This document shows, piece after piece, positions 45,962 to 55,410 of a stretch of 64,000 nucleotides of DNA; position 1 is the stretch's first letter, and every line of letters starts with the position of its first letter. The notes under the pieces are model-generated. The model did not search any database and was not told the origin of the DNA. It saw only the letters and a program-made list of their open reading frames with translations. This DNA is from a virus, in the IMG/VR virus record IMGVR_UViG_3300022074_000002. One strand, 5' to 3'. A program made the translations under genes and the position numbers.

Positions 45962-46120
45962 ATGGATAGAGGTAAGTTAAAGAATATCGTTAAGAGCTTG
46001 CAATCTTTATTAGATGTGTTAGAATCTGAAGTATACTCTGACGTAGATGCGTACAGACCAAACGGACATAGTTCCACATACTCACAAGGGAGAGACGATG
46101 ACGATGGATACCCAGATTAG
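45962..46120 (+). CDS. 52-aa hypothetical protein, absent from the ORF track
   Basis: MDRGKLKNIVKSLQSLLDVLESEVYSD...DDDDGYPD; TATAAATA overlaps its start. Confidence 0.65.
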   Translation: MDRGKLKNIVKSLQSLLDVLESEVYSDVDAYRPNGHSSTYSQGRDDDDGYPD

Positions 46121-46310
46121 TTATTCAGATGAGATGATGCGTCTTAGAAGAGATGCTATTCTATCATTAAAAGAATTTGGTTTTGGAAAAAATATCTATG
46201 AATTTTGTGCTGATTGGGTACTAAATCATGACACTACCCACGGAATACAAGAAGCGTTCAAAGAATATGAGACTCAAAGACCAAATCAAATTAATCAAAT
46301 CCGCACTTAA
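46098..46310 (+). CDS. Hypothetical protein
   Basis: Internal ATG of track ORF 46047..46310. Confidence 0.4.
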   Translation: MTMDTQISYSDEMMRLRRDAILSLKEFGFGKNIYEFCADWVLNHDTTHGIQEAFKEYETQRPNQINQIRT

Positions 46311-46518
46311 AAAACATGAGTTGTACTCTGATGTAGAAATACACTACATGAAGAAGCAACTTAATGAAGTAAGGAATGAACTTAAAATAAAAAAACTAAG
46401 GAGAAACAAAGGATTTAATAATGAATTCAGTAAAACTGATAACCGTGACACCCAAAGCAGAAGAGACGATGGGTTACGTAGCGAGAGTGAGCAACCCCAA
46501 GAATCAGGAAAATCCTGA
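46267..46518 (+). CDS. Basic coiled-coil hypothetical protein; 3' end runs 98 nt into thyX
   Basis: MRLKDQIKLIKSALKKHELYSD...KGF. Confidence 0.5.
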   Translation: MRLKDQIKLIKSALKKHELYSDVEIHYMKKQLNEVRNELKIKKLRRNKGFNNEFSKTDNRDTQSRRDDGLRSESEQPQESGKS

Positions 46519-47056
46519 TGTTGCAGGACTCCTTAAGTATTGTATCAAGCACAACCACTGGTCTGTATTTGAACAGGCACACATGACTCTAGAAATAGAA
46601 ACAACTAGAGGTATTGCTGCTCAGGTTTTAAGACACAGATCATTTACATTCCAAGAGTTTAGTCAACGCTATGCAAATACTAATTTACTTGGAGCGATAC
46701 CTGTACCAGATTTACGAAGGCAAGATAAAAAGAATAGACAGAATAGTATAGATGATATCCCCGAAAAACAAACGTCATTCCTACAGAAAGAGATCGCTGC
46801 CTATTTCGCTGAGGGAATTGACTTATACAATGAACTCATACGTGAGGGTGTTGCGAAGGAATGTGCGAGATTTGTTCTCCCGTTAGCAACACCAACCAAG
46901 ATCTATATGACGGGAAGCGTACGTTCTTGGGTTCACTACATAGATTTACGTGGTGCACATGGAACTCAAAAAGAACACATGGACATAGCATTGGATGCTA
47001 AACGTGTATTCATTGAACAGTTTCCTATTTGTTCGTCAGCATTGGAGTGGAATTAA
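46421..47056 (+). CDS. thyX: Flavin-dependent thymidylate synthase
   Basis: HWSVFE, RHRSFTFQEFSQRY, KECARFVLP. Confidence 0.95.
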   Translation: MNSVKLITVTPKAEETMGYVARVSNPKNQENPDVAGLLKYCIKHNHWSVFEQAHMTLEIETTRGIAAQVLRHRSFTFQEFSQRYANTNLLGAIPVPDLRRQDKKNRQNSIDDIPEKQTSFLQKEIAAYFAEGIDLYNELIREGVAKECARFVLPLATPTKIYMTGSVRSWVHYIDLRGAHGTQKEHMDIALDAKRVFIEQFPICSSALEWN

Positions 47057-47322
47057 TGCCAACATATCCTGTAAAAAATTTAAAAACTGAAGAGAAGAAA
47101 GAACTTCGCATGACCATGAAAGAATATGATCAGTGGAGAAAAGACAATCCCGATTGGGATAAAGATTGGCAAGCAGGAGTTGCTGCTGCTGGTGAAGTTG
47201 GGGAGTGGCGAGACAAAATGGCAACGACACATCCTGGTTGGGTAGATATTATGAAGAATAAAGTTCTTCCCAAAGCAAAATATGTAAACAACAAAACTAT
47301 CACGGAGAAATACCGATACTAA
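47056..47322 (+). CDS. Conserved hypothetical protein
   Basis: MPTYPVKN...; TAATG overlap. Confidence 0.6.
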   Translation: MPTYPVKNLKTEEKKELRMTMKEYDQWRKDNPDWDKDWQAGVAAAGEVGEWRDKMATTHPGWVDIMKNKVLPKAKYVNNKTITEKYRY

Positions 47323-47323
47323 T

Positions 47324-48073
47324 ATGCCAGTAAAAAAGAAATCTAAATCACCAGGTCAGGGTATGACTGCTAAACAAATGAAGCGTCGTAAACCTATTAG
47401 TGGAGAATACATGCTTCCGATTGAACCACTGACTGAGAATCAGAAGGTGATGTTTGGTGAATGGGACAAAGGTAAGATGATCTATGCCTATGGTGTAGCA
47501 GGAACTGGTAAAACTTTTGTTGCTTTATACAAAGCACTCAAGGAAGTGTTGGATGATTACTCACCATACGAGAAGATTTATATTGTTAGATCTTTAGTAG
47601 CAACTAGAGAGATTGGTTTCCTACCTGGTGATCATGAAGACAAGTCATCATTGTATCAGATACCATACAAGAATATGGTACAGGCAATGTTTGAAATGCC
47701 TGATGACAATGCATATGAAATGTTGTATGATAATCTTAAGGCACAAGAAACTATATCTTTCTGGTCTACAAGTTTTATTCGTGGAACTACATTAGATAAT
47801 TCTATTGTTATTATTGATGAGTGTCAGAACTTAAACTTCCATGAGTTAGATAGTATTATCACTCGTGTAGGACAAGACAGTAAGATTATATTCTGTGGTG
47901 ATGCTGCACAAACAGATTTAATAAAGAACAATGAGCGTACAGGTATCTTAGACTTTCAAAAAATTATTATGAACATGGAAGAGTTTGCGATGGTTGAATT
48001 TGGTATTGATGATATTGTCAGGTCTGGTCTTGTCAAGTCTTATCTTATCAGTAAACTTAATTTAGGATTATGA
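47324..48073 (+). CDS. phoH: PhoH-like ATPase
   Basis: GVAGTGKT, EIGFLPG, FIRGTT, DECQN, VRSGLVK. Confidence 0.95.
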   Translation: MPVKKKSKSPGQGMTAKQMKRRKPISGEYMLPIEPLTENQKVMFGEWDKGKMIYAYGVAGTGKTFVALYKALKEVLDDYSPYEKIYIVRSLVATREIGFLPGDHEDKSSLYQIPYKNMVQAMFEMPDDNAYEMLYDNLKAQETISFWSTSFIRGTTLDNSIVIIDECQNLNFHELDSIITRVGQDSKIIFCGDAAQTDLIKNNERTGILDFQKIIMNMEEFAMVEFGIDDIVRSGLVKSYLISKLNLGL

Positions 48074-48765
48074 AAACATTTAATCACATAGGACTTGACC
48101 CTATCGAATTATGTGCTACAATGGTAGAAGGCAAGCGTGTCTATGCTACACCAGAAGGAGATAGGTTTCCATCTGTCACTACTGTGATTAATAGTAACGC
48201 AAAGAAGAAACAATCAATTGCTCGATGGCGAGAAAGAGTTGGTAAAGAGAAGGCAGATAATATTTGTGCAAGATCTACCAGCAGAGGTACAAAATATCAT
48301 TCAATCGTAGAAGACTATCTAAACAATGAGTTAGACTTAAAAAAGTATGGAAAGTATCCACTTCCAGTCTTAATGTTTCAGCATAGTATCCAAGATTTAG
48401 ATAGGATAAATAATATATACCTCCAAGAAGCAGCACTTTATAGTAGGCATCTTGAATTGGCAGGAAGAGTTGATTGCATCGCTGAGTTTGATGGTGTGCT
48501 GTCTATAATTGATTTTAAAACAGCAGCAGAACCAAAACGAGAACAATATTTGCATGATTATTTTGTGCAAGAAGTAGCGTATGCTTGTATGCTACAAGAA
48601 CTGTACGGTTTGACAGTAAAACAAATCGTTACTATCGTTTCTTGTGAGAATGGAGAGACTCAAGTCAAGGTATTACCACCTAAGAAAGAATACTTCATCA
48701 AGTTGATGGGTTACATCGACGAATACCAAGAACGATATGGACAAAAAACAATTATTAGAGGATAA
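48070..48765 (+). CDS. PD-(D/E)XK exonuclease
   Basis: PSVTTV, RGTKYH, GRVDCI, IDFKT, QEVAY. Confidence 0.85.
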   Translation: MKTFNHIGLDPIELCATMVEGKRVYATPEGDRFPSVTTVINSNAKKKQSIARWRERVGKEKADNICARSTSRGTKYHSIVEDYLNNELDLKKYGKYPLPVLMFQHSIQDLDRINNIYLQEAALYSRHLELAGRVDCIAEFDGVLSIIDFKTAAEPKREQYLHDYFVQEVAYACMLQELYGLTVKQIVTIVSCENGETQVKVLPPKKEYFIKLMGYIDEYQERYGQKTIIRG

Positions 48766-48991
48766 ATTTATGACCGCTGCGAGATTCTCGCAGGAAGTGG
48801 AGAAGATTGCATTCGACAATCCAGAAATGAATTATATTGATTCGGTTATCCACTACTGTGAACTCAATGAGATTGAATTAGATGGTGTAAATAAATTAAT
48901 AAGCAAACCTCTGAAGGAAAAACTCCGTCACGAGGCACAGCAATTAAACTTCATGAAAAAAACCAGTCGTGCCAAATTAATGCTAGTATGA
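48737..48991 (+). CDS. gp33: Late-transcription coactivator (T4 gp33)
   Basis: FSQEVEK, YIDSVIHYCE, LISKPLKEKL..EA. Confidence 0.85.
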   Translation: MDKKQLLEDKFMTAARFSQEVEKIAFDNPEMNYIDSVIHYCELNEIELDGVNKLISKPLKEKLRHEAQQLNFMKKTSRAKLMLV

Positions 48992-49323
48992 GTTTCTTTA
49001 AGTCAGATATCGTCCGTGGAGACATTCAAGAGATGATGGAACTTCAACAGTTCTGTTTCAGATCCGCTATGAATTTTATATTATTAGATAAGGATCGGAA
49101 GATGGAATACTTTGAAGCACTTGAAACTCTCATAGAAAAACAAAAGATATTCTATGCTCGTGCAAAACTAAGCGAGGATCCCGAAGCAAAGTCTGTGGTT
49201 GACACCATGAGACAAGGGATTATAATGTTAGGAGCAACACCTGACACAAGTATTGAAAGTATGTTTTCAGAACTGTTAGAAAAAGTTCAGTCAATGAAAA
49301 GACAAACAGAGGCACAGGGTTGA
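48988..49323 (+). CDS. Conserved cyanophage protein (DUF1825-like)
   Basis: FFKSDIV...LIEKQKIFYAR..LSEDPEA. Confidence 0.7.
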   Translation: MSFFKSDIVRGDIQEMMELQQFCFRSAMNFILLDKDRKMEYFEALETLIEKQKIFYARAKLSEDPEAKSVVDTMRQGIIMLGATPDTSIESMFSELLEKVQSMKRQTEAQG

Positions 49324-49348
49324 CGCCCTTACCTGTGCCTGTTATAAT
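49310..49348 (+). promoter_or_regulatory. gp32 promoter with the -35 box inside a hairpin
   Basis: AGGCACAGG/CCTGTGCCT stem enclosing TTGACG; TATAAT 17 nt downstream. Confidence 0.7.
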
Positions 49349-49402
49349 GTTCAAGTGATAGGGCATCACATAAACCAAATCTAAAATAATCCGAGGTAAT
49401 CT

Positions 49403-50284
49403 ATGTCATTCGCAGATCTAAAGCGTAAATCCCAGAACAATTTCTCTTTCTTACAGAAAGAATTAGAGAAGTCCTCCAGCGGTAAGAACGTTGATGAAAG
49501 GTTCTGGAAGCCTGAGGTTGACGCTTCTGGTAATGGGTACGCAGTTATCCGTTTCCTTCCTGCTCCTGAGGGAGAAACAATTCCATGGGCAAAAGTATAT
49601 TCACATGCTTTCCAAGGTCCTGGTGGTTGGTACATCGAGAACTCTCTTACCACATTAGGTGAGAAAGATCCAGTTGGTGAGATCAATCGTAGACTATGGA
49701 ACAGTGGTGAAGATTCAGACAAAGAAACTGCTCGTAAACAGAAGAGAAAACTCTCTTACTACAGCAACATCTATGTCGTGAAAGATCCTAAGCACCCTGA
49801 GAACGAAGGTAAAGTATTCTTGTATAAGTATGGTAAGAAAATCCATGACAAGATACTTGCAGCAATGCAACCTGAGTTCCAAGATGAAGAACCAGTAAAT
49901 GTTTTTGATCTATGGGAAGGTGCTAACTTCAAGTTGAAAATTAAAAAAGTTGCAGGGTACTGGAACTATGACAGTAGTGAGTTTGATAGTGTTAGTGCTC
50001 TTAGTGCAGATGATTCTGAACTGGAAGCAGTCTACAAACAAGAACATTCCGTAGAGTCATTTACTTCTAAGGAACAGTTCAAGTCTTATGAAGATCTTGA
50101 GCGTCGTCTTAATCTTGTTCTTGCAATAGGTCAAAGACCTGTAGCACCTACAGTAGATGATGAAGAGTATGAAGTTGTTGCACCACCAACACCAGTTGCT
50201 GCAGCACCAACACCTGTAAAGGAAGAAGCAATCGTTGAAGATGACGATGCTCTCTCATACTTCGCACGTCTTGCTGAAGAGTAA
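49403..50284 (+). CDS. gp32: Single-stranded DNA-binding protein (T4 gp32)
   Basis: GNGYAVIRFLP, HAFQGPGGWYIEN, GANFKLK, acidic tail ending YFARLAEE. Confidence 0.95.
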   Translation: MSFADLKRKSQNNFSFLQKELEKSSSGKNVDERFWKPEVDASGNGYAVIRFLPAPEGETIPWAKVYSHAFQGPGGWYIENSLTTLGEKDPVGEINRRLWNSGEDSDKETARKQKRKLSYYSNIYVVKDPKHPENEGKVFLYKYGKKIHDKILAAMQPEFQDEEPVNVFDLWEGANFKLKIKKVAGYWNYDSSEFDSVSALSADDSELEAVYKQEHSVESFTSKEQFKSYEDLERRLNLVLAIGQRPVAPTVDDEEYEVVAPPTPVAAAPTPVKEEAIVEDDDALSYFARLAEE

Positions 50285-50309
50285 ATCGAAATTCAAAAAC
50301 TGAATTCTA

Positions 50310-50342
50310 TAAAACCCAGAAAATTTTTCTGGGTATTTTTTT
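50310..50342. terminator. Bidirectional intrinsic terminator between convergent units
   Basis: AAAA-ACCCAGAAAA/TTTTCTGGGT-ATTTTTTT. Confidence 0.75.
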
Positions 50343-50344
50343 GT

Positions 50345-50638
50345 CTATAAAGTCTTTACCCATTTCAATACCCACATACGTAGGTAAATGAAAGTGAATG
50401 CAGTTCCCCAAAATGTAAGGAAAGCATACAGATGATTCAATCTATGTGGTGAGAATCCAAATCCTAATGCTACAACAATCACCCAAAGATAATCAACTAT
50501 ACCATGAAAAGTTTGCCACCCATCACCAAATTTTTCTATGAGGTTCTCCCTTTGCTTTGCAAACCAAGGTGAGATGTGTCTCATCATCACGAATCCCTCA
50601 TTGAGAAACATGATAGTAAATCCTATCCAAAATATCAT
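50345..50638 (-). CDS. Small membrane protein
   Basis: 97 aa with three hydrophobic segments. Confidence 0.55.
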   Translation of the reverse strand: MIFWIGFTIMFLNEGFVMMRHISPWFAKQRENLIEKFGDGWQTFHGIVDYLWVIVVALGFGFSPHRLNHLYAFLTFWGTAFTFIYLRMWVLKWVKTL

Positions 50639-50640
50639 AA

Positions 50641-51270
50641 TTATCCAGTTATTTTTAATCTCTTACCAATATAATTATCTGATTTTTTATATTGATTTTG
50701 TTTTTTGAAATCATTAACAAATGATCTAAGGTATCCTTGTTTTAAAAGATATATCTCTCTTTTCTTTTCGTTTTCTTTATTAAAGTGACCAGCAACAGTA
50801 ATACCAGCACATAATTGAACACCAGGTACGATACCTATCGTGCCATTAATATTTACTTTGTGTTGTTTATCATAAAATGCTTTATCTACACGTAAACCAG
50901 CGGGATATTGTGCAGTTTTTACAGTTTCGTAGTGATGTATTTCATTATATGGATCATCATATTCTTTCTCTAGAACTTTTGTAAGTTCATAATTATTCAA
51001 TGGCCAGTCATACTGTGCATTGACCATGTTGTTTGTCAATAATATAACCCAGTCATAATACTGACTTCCATAAATTTTTTGTGCTAATATATCTGGACGT
51101 TCACCTTCCTTTATAGCATACTTGTTAAAGAATACTGCGTAAGAAAATATGTCATCACTTAATTTATACCTACGAAAGAAATTCTTAGCAACAACTCTAT
51201 CTGATGTTGAGAAAGGATAACTGATTGGTTTTTCATCGTATAGTATGTTAGGAGTTATAGAAAAGTACAT
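50641..51270 (-). CDS. gp53: Baseplate wedge protein (T4 gp53)
   Basis: MYFS..P, ERPDILAQKIYGSQYYDWVILLTN (LysM-like), IHHYET. Confidence 0.88.
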   Translation of the reverse strand: MYFSITPNILYDEKPISYPFSTSDRVVAKNFFRRYKLSDDIFSYAVFFNKYAIKEGERPDILAQKIYGSQYYDWVILLTNNMVNAQYDWPLNNYELTKVLEKEYDDPYNEIHHYETVKTAQYPAGLRVDKAFYDKQHKVNINGTIGIVPGVQLCAGITVAGHFNKENEKKREIYLLKQGYLRSFVNDFKKQNQYKKSDNYIGKRLKITG

Positions 51271-51272
51271 CT

Positions 51273-52661
51273 TTATGCAGTAGAGTTTGTGTTTTTATTT
51301 CCTTGCCAGTATATATCAACGTCTTCAGAGAACAGTAGTTTTGTCTCCATGAAACTAACTTTCAATTCAGTAGCAACAGGCATACCATCGTTATAGACTG
51401 CGTAGTTTCCATCAGGTGTGTAGTTAACTGCTACATCTGTTATGGCACACATTTTATATGCTGGTAAATGAGGATGTTGTCCAGGTCCTCTCATGTATGT
51501 GACTTGACAAACTTTTGGAACTTTAATAAATGATGCTTCTAACGCCCTATTTTCATTTACATCTTTGGTATCACTCTCTCCAAATCCTAGAACTGGTGCT
51601 CCACCTAAACTAAATGATGGCAACATACATTTCCTAAACGTCCTTACAATTTTTTGAATAGCATACGCTTCTTTTTGATTATAAGGAACTAATTTGAAAG
51701 TAAGATCAAAGGTTCTAAGATTCATCTTCTGGAATAGTACTTCCACATTTGGATTTCTAATAACTCCAGAAATACCACCAAAAATATCTCCTGTGTTTAT
51801 CTGATCTCCTGTAATTCCTTTTGCTAAATTAGTAACTAAGGAAGCTGCCATCTCAACAGGTGCTTTGTCAATATTTTTTCCTACAGTATTACCCGCATTT
51901 TTTATTTTTTGTATAAAGTTATCTGTGCCAGCAGAACTTAATATACCAGCAGTGGTTGCTCCAAATGCTTTTCCTTCCCAATCTGCCTTTAATGTGTCAG
52001 ATATATCATCTGGCATGTATAACATAAGTTGAGGAAATTGTCCTGTATCATCACGTTTATAAAGTTGTGCTGAGTTTCCAGTTCTATTGTATTGATTTAA
52101 AGTTTCATTAACGAATAATCTTTTATCTTTATTATTAGTTCCCCATTTCCAGTTTGATACTTTCGATGCTCTTACTCCTTCTGGTAATTCAGAGGCAAAT
52201 GCTGCGTTATCTCTAAATGGAGGTTGGTAATCAAAGAAATCAAACAAAACATAATCAGATTTCTTTCCAGTACTAACATTGCTTGGGTATCTAACAGATG
52301 TTTTTCCTTCTGGTTCTATTGCTGTTTGATAACTTTTGAATGCTAAATTCTCTTGGTTAATACCATCAACTTGGTTTGCTTGATATTCATTTCTATTTCT
52401 GTATAAATTTAATGCCTCATCTCCCTTAGTTGCTTCCCAACGATCTCCATTCCACTTATAAAATTGACCTAGAAGAGCATCATAAGCAACTTGATTTTTA
52501 TACTCTCCCTCTGTGAATTCAATGTCACCTCCACCAAATCCCCAGTTAAAATTATCAACATCTATACCAGTGAAGTCACCAAAGAAATTTTTTCTATGTA
52601 GTCTAGGTACTGCATCACCATCTATTGTGCCTAAAGCATTATTTTTATCGAACATTCCCAT
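51273..52661 (-). CDS. gp48: Baseplate tail-tube cap (T4 gp48-like)
   Basis: LYMPDDI, NPNVEVLFQKMNLRTF.F, C.ITDVAVNYTPDG, TEL.VSFME. Confidence 0.8.
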   Translation of the reverse strand: MGMFDKNNALGTIDGDAVPRLHRKNFFGDFTGIDVDNFNWGFGGGDIEFTEGEYKNQVAYDALLGQFYKWNGDRWEATKGDEALNLYRNRNEYQANQVDGINQENLAFKSYQTAIEPEGKTSVRYPSNVSTGKKSDYVLFDFFDYQPPFRDNAAFASELPEGVRASKVSNWKWGTNNKDKRLFVNETLNQYNRTGNSAQLYKRDDTGQFPQLMLYMPDDISDTLKADWEGKAFGATTAGILSSAGTDNFIQKIKNAGNTVGKNIDKAPVEMAASLVTNLAKGITGDQINTGDIFGGISGVIRNPNVEVLFQKMNLRTFDLTFKLVPYNQKEAYAIQKIVRTFRKCMLPSFSLGGAPVLGFGESDTKDVNENRALEASFIKVPKVCQVTYMRGPGQHPHLPAYKMCAITDVAVNYTPDGNYAVYNDGMPVATELKVSFMETKLLFSEDVDIYWQGNKNTNSTA

Positions 52662-53350
52662 TAGATCGCCATCTCCCTAGATTGTTTTGTTCCGTAACCT
52701 TTTACTGACCTTTGTCCTCTAATTTTGTCATAGAAAGTGTCTTTGGTATCTTGCCAAACATCTTCCTTTGGAATAGGAAATGATGAAGTGCCAACAGGTT
52801 TAACGAAGTCTTCTGTAGGAAGAAGAACAGCAGTATCCCATTCAGTAGAAGCAAGATCAATCATTAAACCTTCAACATTAGACTGAAGGTATTTATGAAG
52901 GCAAGCCTTAGGTATGTCAATTCTTCCTTCCATTAACTTTCTAGTTGCTAATATTCTTTTCTTTGGTGTCATATAATGTAAGTTGCATCCCCAAAATTCA
53001 CTTCTACCAGTTGCTTTTAAAACATATACTAATGGAAATCTATCATAATATTTCAAGTTCTTCATCTTTGCTTTGTACTCAAACATGTACAAGTGCCCCT
53101 GTACAGGGTATCTACGAAGTTCATTCTCGTCTTGATCTTGTACAGCACCTACATCATCACTCTTTTCATTCAATATATACTTACTAAAATTTTTGTTGTA
53201 ACTACTTGCTTCTGACTTTACAGCAGAGCGATACCATGAAAATGTTTTTCTCTCCCCCTTTGTTTTTTCTGTTATTTTTTCAAACAGTGTTTTATATCCA
53301 GACGTGGAGGTAATTGTGTTACGCTGGATAGCAGCGAATCCTGTTGCCAT
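52661..53350 (-). CDS. gp2: DNA end-protector protein (T4 gp2)
   Basis: YMFEYKAK, YYDRFPLV, GCNLHY motifs. Confidence 0.8.
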   Translation of the reverse strand: MATGFAAIQRNTITSTSGYKTLFEKITEKTKGERKTFSWYRSAVKSEASSYNKNFSKYILNEKSDDVGAVQDQDENELRRYPVQGHLYMFEYKAKMKNLKYYDRFPLVYVLKATGRSEFWGCNLHYMTPKKRILATRKLMEGRIDIPKACLHKYLQSNVEGLMIDLASTEWDTAVLLPTEDFVKPVGTSSFPIPKEDVWQDTKDTFYDKIRGQRSVKGYGTKQSREMAI

Positions 53351-53354
53351 TTGT

Positions 53355-53786
53355 TCATACTCCTAAATGATCCTCGGTTAGTATTAAGAAGTTCATCTGC
53401 CTGTCTTCACAATAATCACGAGCAGCAGACCATTTAGTTTGGTTTTTTGCGTATGTTAATGCAGCATTACGATAGGCAGCAGTTTTTTTATTTTTCTCAT
53501 TCGGTGGTTGGGTTTGTTTTTTAGGTTTAACCTCTATTATATACTTAGTTATTTTTCCAGTCTTTTCACGGACTTTTATATAGAAATCAGGAAAATAACG
53601 TCTCACCTTACCATCAGGTGCCCTGTATGGTATTATAACCTCTTCTGATCCCCACTCTAAAATTGAGGGATTATTATCACAGAACACCATGAACTTTCGT
53701 TCCCAAAGTGACCTGTATATTACTCTAGTTGGGTTGCCACGATACTTTTTGGGATTGATAGGTTTATAAATCCCAGAATACGCCAT
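53355..53786 (-). CDS. gp4: Head completion nuclease (T4 gp4)
   Basis: MAYSG.YKP.NP.KY.G, YRSLWE, YFPDF, IEVKP, LTEDHL; start refined to 53786. Confidence 0.9.
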   Translation of the reverse strand: MAYSGIYKPINPKKYRGNPTRVIYRSLWERKFMVFCDNNPSILEWGSEEVIIPYRAPDGKVRRYFPDFYIKVREKTGKITKYIIEVKPKKQTQPPNEKNKKTAAYRNAALTYAKNQTKWSAARDYCEDRQMNFLILTEDHLGV

Positions 53787-53817
53787 AAATATAAATGTAC
53801 CAACATAGGTATTTAGC

Positions 53818-54543
53818 GTGTCAATAGATAAATTTTTAGGAACAATGAATGCCAACGGCGGAATGTCGTTGAGCAATAACTTTGTGGTCAAGTTTGATAT
53901 AGATGGAACTGGTAACTTATTTGAATTTTTATGTGATGAAGCACAGTTACCCAATGTCAACACAGCAACTGGAACAATAAAGGGTAGATATATGGGTGAG
54001 GGTCAGGTAAATTACCCACATACAAGAATATTCACAGAAATGCAGTTAGGATTCCAATGTGATGCTTCTATGACGCCTTTAATATTTTTACAACAATGGT
54101 ATGCTTCAATATTTGGTGAATATGATGATGCCAAAGACTCACCATTAGGTGCGATGGATAAAGCTCCAACAGCTACAGGTGCTTCTACGCCTTATGATGC
54201 AAGAACAGTACAGAGAGCAGACAATAGAACTGTTCAGTTAAATTATCCAGATCGTTATTGTGCAAACATTTATGTAACTAAAACAGAATTAGGTCCTTCT
54301 AAAGGGAGTGATTACTCTGCAGTTACTGCACAAGATGGATTGAGATCATCAATAACATATGTAATGGAAAGAGCATGGCCTTTTGCTATTGATGCAGTTC
54401 CTCTACAATTTGGATCTGCAGCGATAACAAAAGTTACAGCACAGTTTTACTACAGCAAGCATCGTATTGTTTATAATGATCCTACTAAAAAAGCATATGT
54501 AAACACAGCACCACCAGGTCAAGAGTTTGGTGCTATGAGGTAA
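53818..54543 (+). CDS. Tail-tube initiator-like protein (gp54/gp19 fold)
   Basis: LCDEAQLP, AWPFAIDAVPL, VTAQFYY; divergent late-promoter motifs at 53784-53816. Confidence 0.7.
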   Translation: MSIDKFLGTMNANGGMSLSNNFVVKFDIDGTGNLFEFLCDEAQLPNVNTATGTIKGRYMGEGQVNYPHTRIFTEMQLGFQCDASMTPLIFLQQWYASIFGEYDDAKDSPLGAMDKAPTATGASTPYDARTVQRADNRTVQLNYPDRYCANIYVTKTELGPSKGSDYSAVTAQDGLRSSITYVMERAWPFAIDAVPLQFGSAAITKVTAQFYYSKHRIVYNDPTKKAYVNTAPPGQEFGAMR

Positions 54544-54573
54544 AGTAAAAATTGATTTTTCAATTCCATAAAA

Positions 54574-54600
54574 GCGGGAAAAAAATTCCCGCATTTTTTT
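54574..54600 (+). terminator. Intrinsic terminator
   Basis: GCGGGAA/TTCCCGC followed by T7. Confidence 0.75.
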
Positions 54601-54619
54601 GTCTGAAAAAGTCGCTAAA

Positions 54620-54627
54620 TATAAATA
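54620..54627 (+). promoter_or_regulatory. Late promoter of the gp26 operon
   Basis: TATAAATA with overlapping CTAAATA. Confidence 0.7.
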
Positions 54628-54646
54628 TGACCTTGGAGTAGATATT

Positions 54647-55360
54647 ATGGCATTGCCAACCATGGATTTACCAACTTATGAGTTGGAAGTTCCATCAACA
54701 AAGAAAAAGATAAAATTTCGTCCATTTCTAGTAAAAGAAGAAAAAGTACTATTAATGGCACTAGAAAGTGAAAATGATGTTAATATAAGAAACGCTGTAC
54801 TACAGTTATTGAAATCTTGTATAACATCAAGAATAAAAGTTGAAAATTTAGCAAATTTTGACTTAGAGTATATTTTCTTGAATATTCGTGCTGTATCAGT
54901 TGGAGAAATTGTTGAGATTAATGTTACTTGTCAAGATGATGAGAAAACACAAGTTAGATACAATTTGAACCTTACTGATGTAGATGTTACCTTTCCAAAA
55001 GGACATAGTAATAAAATTATGTTAACTGACACTACTGGTGTTATGATGAGGTATCCATCATTCGATAGATTTGTAGATTCACAGTTTGCAATGAAAGAAG
55101 TCACTGAAGATACTGTCTTAGACATTATTGCAGAAAGTATTGATCAAATTTTTCAAGGAGAAGAGGTATATGATGAATCTACCACTACTAAGAAAGAATT
55201 TAAAGAATTTGTAGATAGTTTGACAAATCAACAATTAGAAAAAGTACAGGAGTTTTTTGAAACGTCACCAAGACTTGAACATGCATTTAAGGTTACAAAC
55301 CCAAATACAGGAGTTGAATCTGACTACACATTAAACGGATTGGCATCTTTTTTCGGATAG
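54647..55360 (+). CDS. gp26: Baseplate hub assembly protein (T4 gp26)
   Basis: MALP...FRPFLVKEEK.LL, FDLEYIFL.IRA.SVGE, terminal GLASFFG; GGAG RBS favours 54647. Confidence 0.9.
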   Translation: MALPTMDLPTYELEVPSTKKKIKFRPFLVKEEKVLLMALESENDVNIRNAVLQLLKSCITSRIKVENLANFDLEYIFLNIRAVSVGEIVEINVTCQDDEKTQVRYNLNLTDVDVTFPKGHSNKIMLTDTTGVMMRYPSFDRFVDSQFAMKEVTEDTVLDIIAESIDQIFQGEEVYDESTTTKKEFKEFVDSLTNQQLEKVQEFFETSPRLEHAFKVTNPNTGVESDYTLNGLASFFG

Positions 55361-55385
55361 CCCTCTTTCATAATACGCTAGAGGG
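55348..55385 (+). promoter_or_regulatory. Putative -1 ribosomal frameshift signal
   Basis: T-TTT-TTC (55348-55354), 6-nt spacer, CCCTCT/AGAGGG stem-loop. Confidence 0.6.
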
Positions 55386-55410
55386 GTATTACAAGACTAA
55401 TTTTGCTTTG

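Noticed and set aside
48070-48765. Cas4-like exonuclease as a sign of a CRISPR system
   Set aside because: No repeat-spacer array or other cas gene seen; it occupies the usual phoH-exonuclease-gp33 core position.
53787-53963. N-terminal extension of gp4 in the track
   Set aside because: Overlaps the divergent gene and late promoters; the conserved start MAYSG is at 53786.
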